A DNA stretch of 62,375 nt, filler included, from Globobulimina sp. (Eukaryota): the NCBI GenBank assembly GCA_003354225.1. It is 21 parts of 21 records of this genome, joined end to end, with 100 filler letters (N's around TTAATTAATTAA, not from the genome) between each part and the next. Parts side by side here need not be neighbours in the genome. Positions count along the whole stretch, not along the records: positions 56,530 to 59,402 come from PIVH01004542.1; positions 59,503 to 62,375 come from PIVH01004543.1; 19 more parts are not named here. One strand, 5' to 3'. Positions 58,558 to 62,375 of the stretch are shown piece after piece. How positions within the stretch are numbered: the stretch's first letter is position 1; the number at the start of each line of letters is the position of its first letter. The notes below the pieces were generated by a model that was given only the letters and a program-made list of their open reading frames with translations, was not told the DNA's origin and searched no databases. The position numbers were made by a program, and so were the translations under genes.

Positions 58558-59402
58558 ATGCAAACGGCCAAGACAGCCCGTGTGGTGCGTCCATATTCCC
58601 CATCCAAATGGTATGATTGTTGGAAATATAGAATTCAAAATGGCTTATCGTCGCAAAACAAATTTTATAAAACTTTAAACGAAGACCAAACAAATCAATT
58701 ACATTATTGGTTGTCACAATGCTTTATGAAGATAGATATGTTACTATTCGACCATGATAATCACGCAATGCAATTGCAATGCACACTCAATGAAAACACC
58801 GGAAATTTCCCAAGTATTCAGCAAACCGACAGCGTCAAATTTGTTTCCAAACATGCGTTGCCCCGCGCACTCATAGTATCCACGGAACTGCCCATTGGCT
58901 ACGTTAATTTCAAGAAATATCATGATTTCATCAAAACATATGATGAAAATTTATATTCTGATCTATTGAGCTCTGAACTAGGCACAATTTTAGAGGCAAA
59001 TTCAAATATTAATGATAACACGCAACAAAATGAGTATTACAAACATGTTCATCCAACTCAAAGATTCTGGACACCCAAATATGAAAATATTGAAGGATAT
59101 GCCCATCCAATCTGGGAAATGGTTGATTGTATCATCGAATATTTGTATAGAATGAGTATATATTTCCATAAATATGACAAGAAATTGATGCTTCAAAACT
59201 ATGATAGTATGCAAATAAGTGATGCGTTGATTCATTATTCAGTCACTCAAACTTTTATAAATCGATATGTTAAAACTTTCAATGATATGCAATGTCCAAA
59301 TCCTATGCGAGATATCAGCGAAAATCCACCCTCGCGTTTATGTGACAAATATCCCCATATTTTGCCGTTGTTTTTCAGTGAAATATTTCGAATTATTCAT
59401 CT
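58558..59402 (+). CDS. Hypothetical protein, 3'-truncated
   Basis: Open frame of more than 280 codons from the ATG. Confidence 0.65.
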
Positions 59403-59518
59403 NNNNNNNNNNNNNNNNNNNNNNNNNNNNNNNNNNNNNNNNNNNNTTAATTAATTAANNNNNNNNNNNNNNNNNNNNNNNNNNNNNNNNNNNNNNNNNN
59501 NNGAGTAAGCGTTGTTAG

Positions 59519-62375
59519 ATGTCATATTATCAGATGTCTTGCAACAAAAATCAGATGTCTTGCAACAATGTGAGAGCAATTAATATTGAATCTGACAATG
59601 AAGATACCGATGATTTAAGTGACTATATATTCAAAAAAGGGTATGAGTCGATTTCAGCACTCAACAGAAGCAGCAACTTATCACCGCATCATCATAATAC
59701 CATTAATATTATTGCCAATAAATGGAGTAAATTGTTTGCAAATTCATTATTTTGGATTAGAATTTTAACGTTATTCTTAGCTATAATATTATTAATATTA
59801 TGCAGTGCATACTGCGTTGCTCAAATACTAAACGTCGAATTAGATCTGGTCACTGAATGTGAGCCAAAAACGAATGAAGAAATTTGGAGACATTCTGCGC
59901 AAAATGCACAAAATGCTACAATGACATACGAGACACAGTATGGACTCACAAAGGAAGCATGTTACACCACCAATGCGTATGAAATAAATACACATAAGTT
60001 ATGGTACAGTAATTATTATAAAGCGCAATGGAAATCAAATATAAATGCAAAATGTGTGTTGTTTGGATCGATGGTCGTATACTGTTTGTTGTTAATGATT
60101 TATATATCGTATACCATTGTGTTTGATGTTGTTTGTGTGCAACAACATCGATTACACACAAAGTCAGTACATTTTATCAACAAATTTGATGCAAATAAAA
60201 ACAGAACTGAAGCAAATACAAAATGTAACAAATGTTTGCGTATTTACAATAAATATTTCTCCACAGATAACATCGGATGGATTGTATTATGTTTTGGTAA
60301 CGAAATGGTTGAAATTGTATTGCAATCCAACGCCTTGCTCTATTACAATGGATACAATGTTTTTGATTCACAAACAATTTCTTCAGCGTATAAACCTGAG
60401 TTCGTTGTGTTGTTTACCATAATTATTGCATTCAATTGTTGCGGATCTGCTGTTTTATGGCTGTTATACAGTTTACTCAATTACCAATGCCATGGATTAA
60501 CATTCAAACTGTCATTGTTTTTTGTGGATCAGTTTTCCGATTTGTTTTATTCAATGTTCCCATTTATTGTCATTGTTGGTGACCCATACAATGAAAATAC
60601 AAATATTTATGTGTTATTGGGACAGTTAAATCTCAATTCCGTGTTAACGTTCGTTTCTGCAGCTATTCCGTTGTTATTTTTATGTATAAAATGTTTAATG
60701 ATTACAAATAAATGTACCAGAAAGTTGCACGAACATTTTTATTATGACTGGAAGCTGATTCGTGATCTATCCAAGCAACAAAATAATGTATTAGCTGCAT
60801 ATAAAGCGCAGTTACAAGGATACAATGTTAATGTCAATGTGTTGTCAAATAATCAGGAAATGTATGATGGAAATGGAAAGTTAAAGAATGAGTTTGCATT
60901 CCGACACAATGATGAAACAAATGGATTGAAGAGTAAATGGGGCAAATTGTTGTTGGTCGTCACAGCGTTATGTTACATAGCATATGCAATAACAATCTTG
61001 ATTTTAGTCATTAATTACCTGCACCAATCCGAATCACATTGTGACTCAATTAAGGAAGATAAATATTTCATGCATGGTACAAATGGTTCAGTGTTATTGG
61101 AGAATATTACGTTATCACCAAAAGAGATTGCTTTATTTGGTGCGAATCCAGAGTTATTTTTATGGGACGCTTGCGAGTACAAAGTTTACCCATTTACCAG
61201 CAATGAGGAATATAAATGTCAATGCAAAGTATTAGTGATTGAAGATTGGAAACAATTGAAATCGACACAATATGATAGGATGAGATATTTCAATCTAACG
61301 CAGCACAAATTGATTACTGGCATGTTGCGACATTGGTCAATGTTGGAAAAGTTCCGTACTGTGGGTATTGAAGGAGAGAGAGCAGATTTTAGCTTTGAAT
61401 TAAAATCTACATTGTTTGCATCGGCAAATATGAAAGCATTCGAGTGGATAAATGCCAATGTTGTATTGAAAGAAAATGGTATTTCGAAGTGGAGTCAATT
61501 AGAATACTTAAAATTTGAACAGGTGGAGGCATTATCATTTTCGTCGACTGATATCCATCAATTGAACCACTTGAAGTTATTATCGTTAATATATAGCGGC
61601 TTGAATGAATTCTCAGTGCAAATCTGCGATATGAGCTCTTTGGAGGTATTGCTATTTCGTTGGAATTATAATGTTGAAATAATCCCAGATTGTATTGTCA
61701 ATCTGCAACAATTGAAATTATTGTCCATTGATGGAGCTGTTGGTTTGCTCTATATTCCGCTCGCTGTATTTAGTTTGCCCAACTTATTTGATTTAAGTTT
61801 ATTTCGAGCATCTATTACCTCTCAAAGCTTATTGTCATATAATAATAACACAAATGATTTTGATTTTAATTCACATACAAATTATTGGTTACAAAAAAAT
61901 CCAATTTGTAGTGAGGATGTGAGTACATTGCCGACCGCATTAGCTGCCTTCATGACGAATAACCGCACAAAATGTCATTATGAATGTGACGATTATTTGC
62001 AAATTGAACATCACCAATTGGCGGAATCCTGTATTCCATTGTTATTAGGCGATGGAAAATGCGATGACAGATGCAATGTACCACAATGTGGATATGACAA
62101 AGGTAGGTACTGCACCACAATATTTATATAAATTGAATAACATATAATATTATAAAGGAGATTGTGTTCAATTGTGCTTTGCAGAAAATGCAGATTATAC
62201 AAATTGTAGCTGGGATAAATACACCAATACTAAATGTGATGTCGACTGTGACAATGAATATTGTACTGGCTATCTTTCAGAATCAAATTTTGAAATAATT
62301 GTCAGTTTTACAGGAAACAATGCAGATTTAGAAGAATGTGAAGGCGCAGAGTGGGCATTGAAATATAAGGAGGAA
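59519..62375 (+). CDS. Multipass membrane protein with leucine-rich repeats and LNR (Notch-like) repeats, truncated
   Basis: About 7 TM helices; LRRs (LEYLKF, LKLLSL, IPDCIVNLQQLKLLSI); LNR motif GDGKCDDRCNVPQCGYDKG; a second CD..C...YC unit after a probable intron at about 62104. Confidence 0.75.

Noticed and set aside
2877-59502. Regularly spaced TTAATTAATTAA repeat every ~2975 nt
   Set aside because: Artificial concatenation linker inside N runs, not CRISPR or biology. ORF-track entries ending in X...LIN or X...N are artefacts of it.

Overview
This window is not one locus. It is a pseudo-scaffold of 21 unrelated contigs of about 2.87 kb, sorted by decreasing length and joined by 100-nt linkers (N44-TTAATTAATTAA-N44), so nothing can be inferred across a linker. 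Twenty contigs come from an AT-rich, gene-dense eukaryote with short GT-AG introns. The gene repertoire (Cys-rich PT-repeat surface proteins, SPRY, BTB and MATH-SAM proteins) suggests a foraminiferan/rhizarian protist, but this is an inference. Recognisable genes are NOB1, PI4KA, RPB3, mitochondrial aconitase, a CANT1-type apyrase, a CIP2A-like protein, kinesin-13, an NSF-like AAA ATPase, an OMS1-like methyltransferase, an alkaline ceramidase, a sulfotransferase, an acyl-CoA oxidase-like protein and a PQQ-type beta-propeller. One contig (20833-23708) is bacteriophage-like: it has Shine-Dalgarno sites, a consensus sigma70 promoter, a terminator and ATGA-coupled small ORFs. The two most unusual observations are (i) a phage ORF that joins a twin-arginine (Tat)-like signal peptide to an isolated tail-sheath C-terminal domain, and (ii) a 1.2-kb non-autonomous Mutator-like DNA transposon (9-bp TSD, ~70-bp TIRs) carrying three hairpins followed by a tRNA-like cloverleaf. 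All family assignments come from recalled motifs, not database searches.
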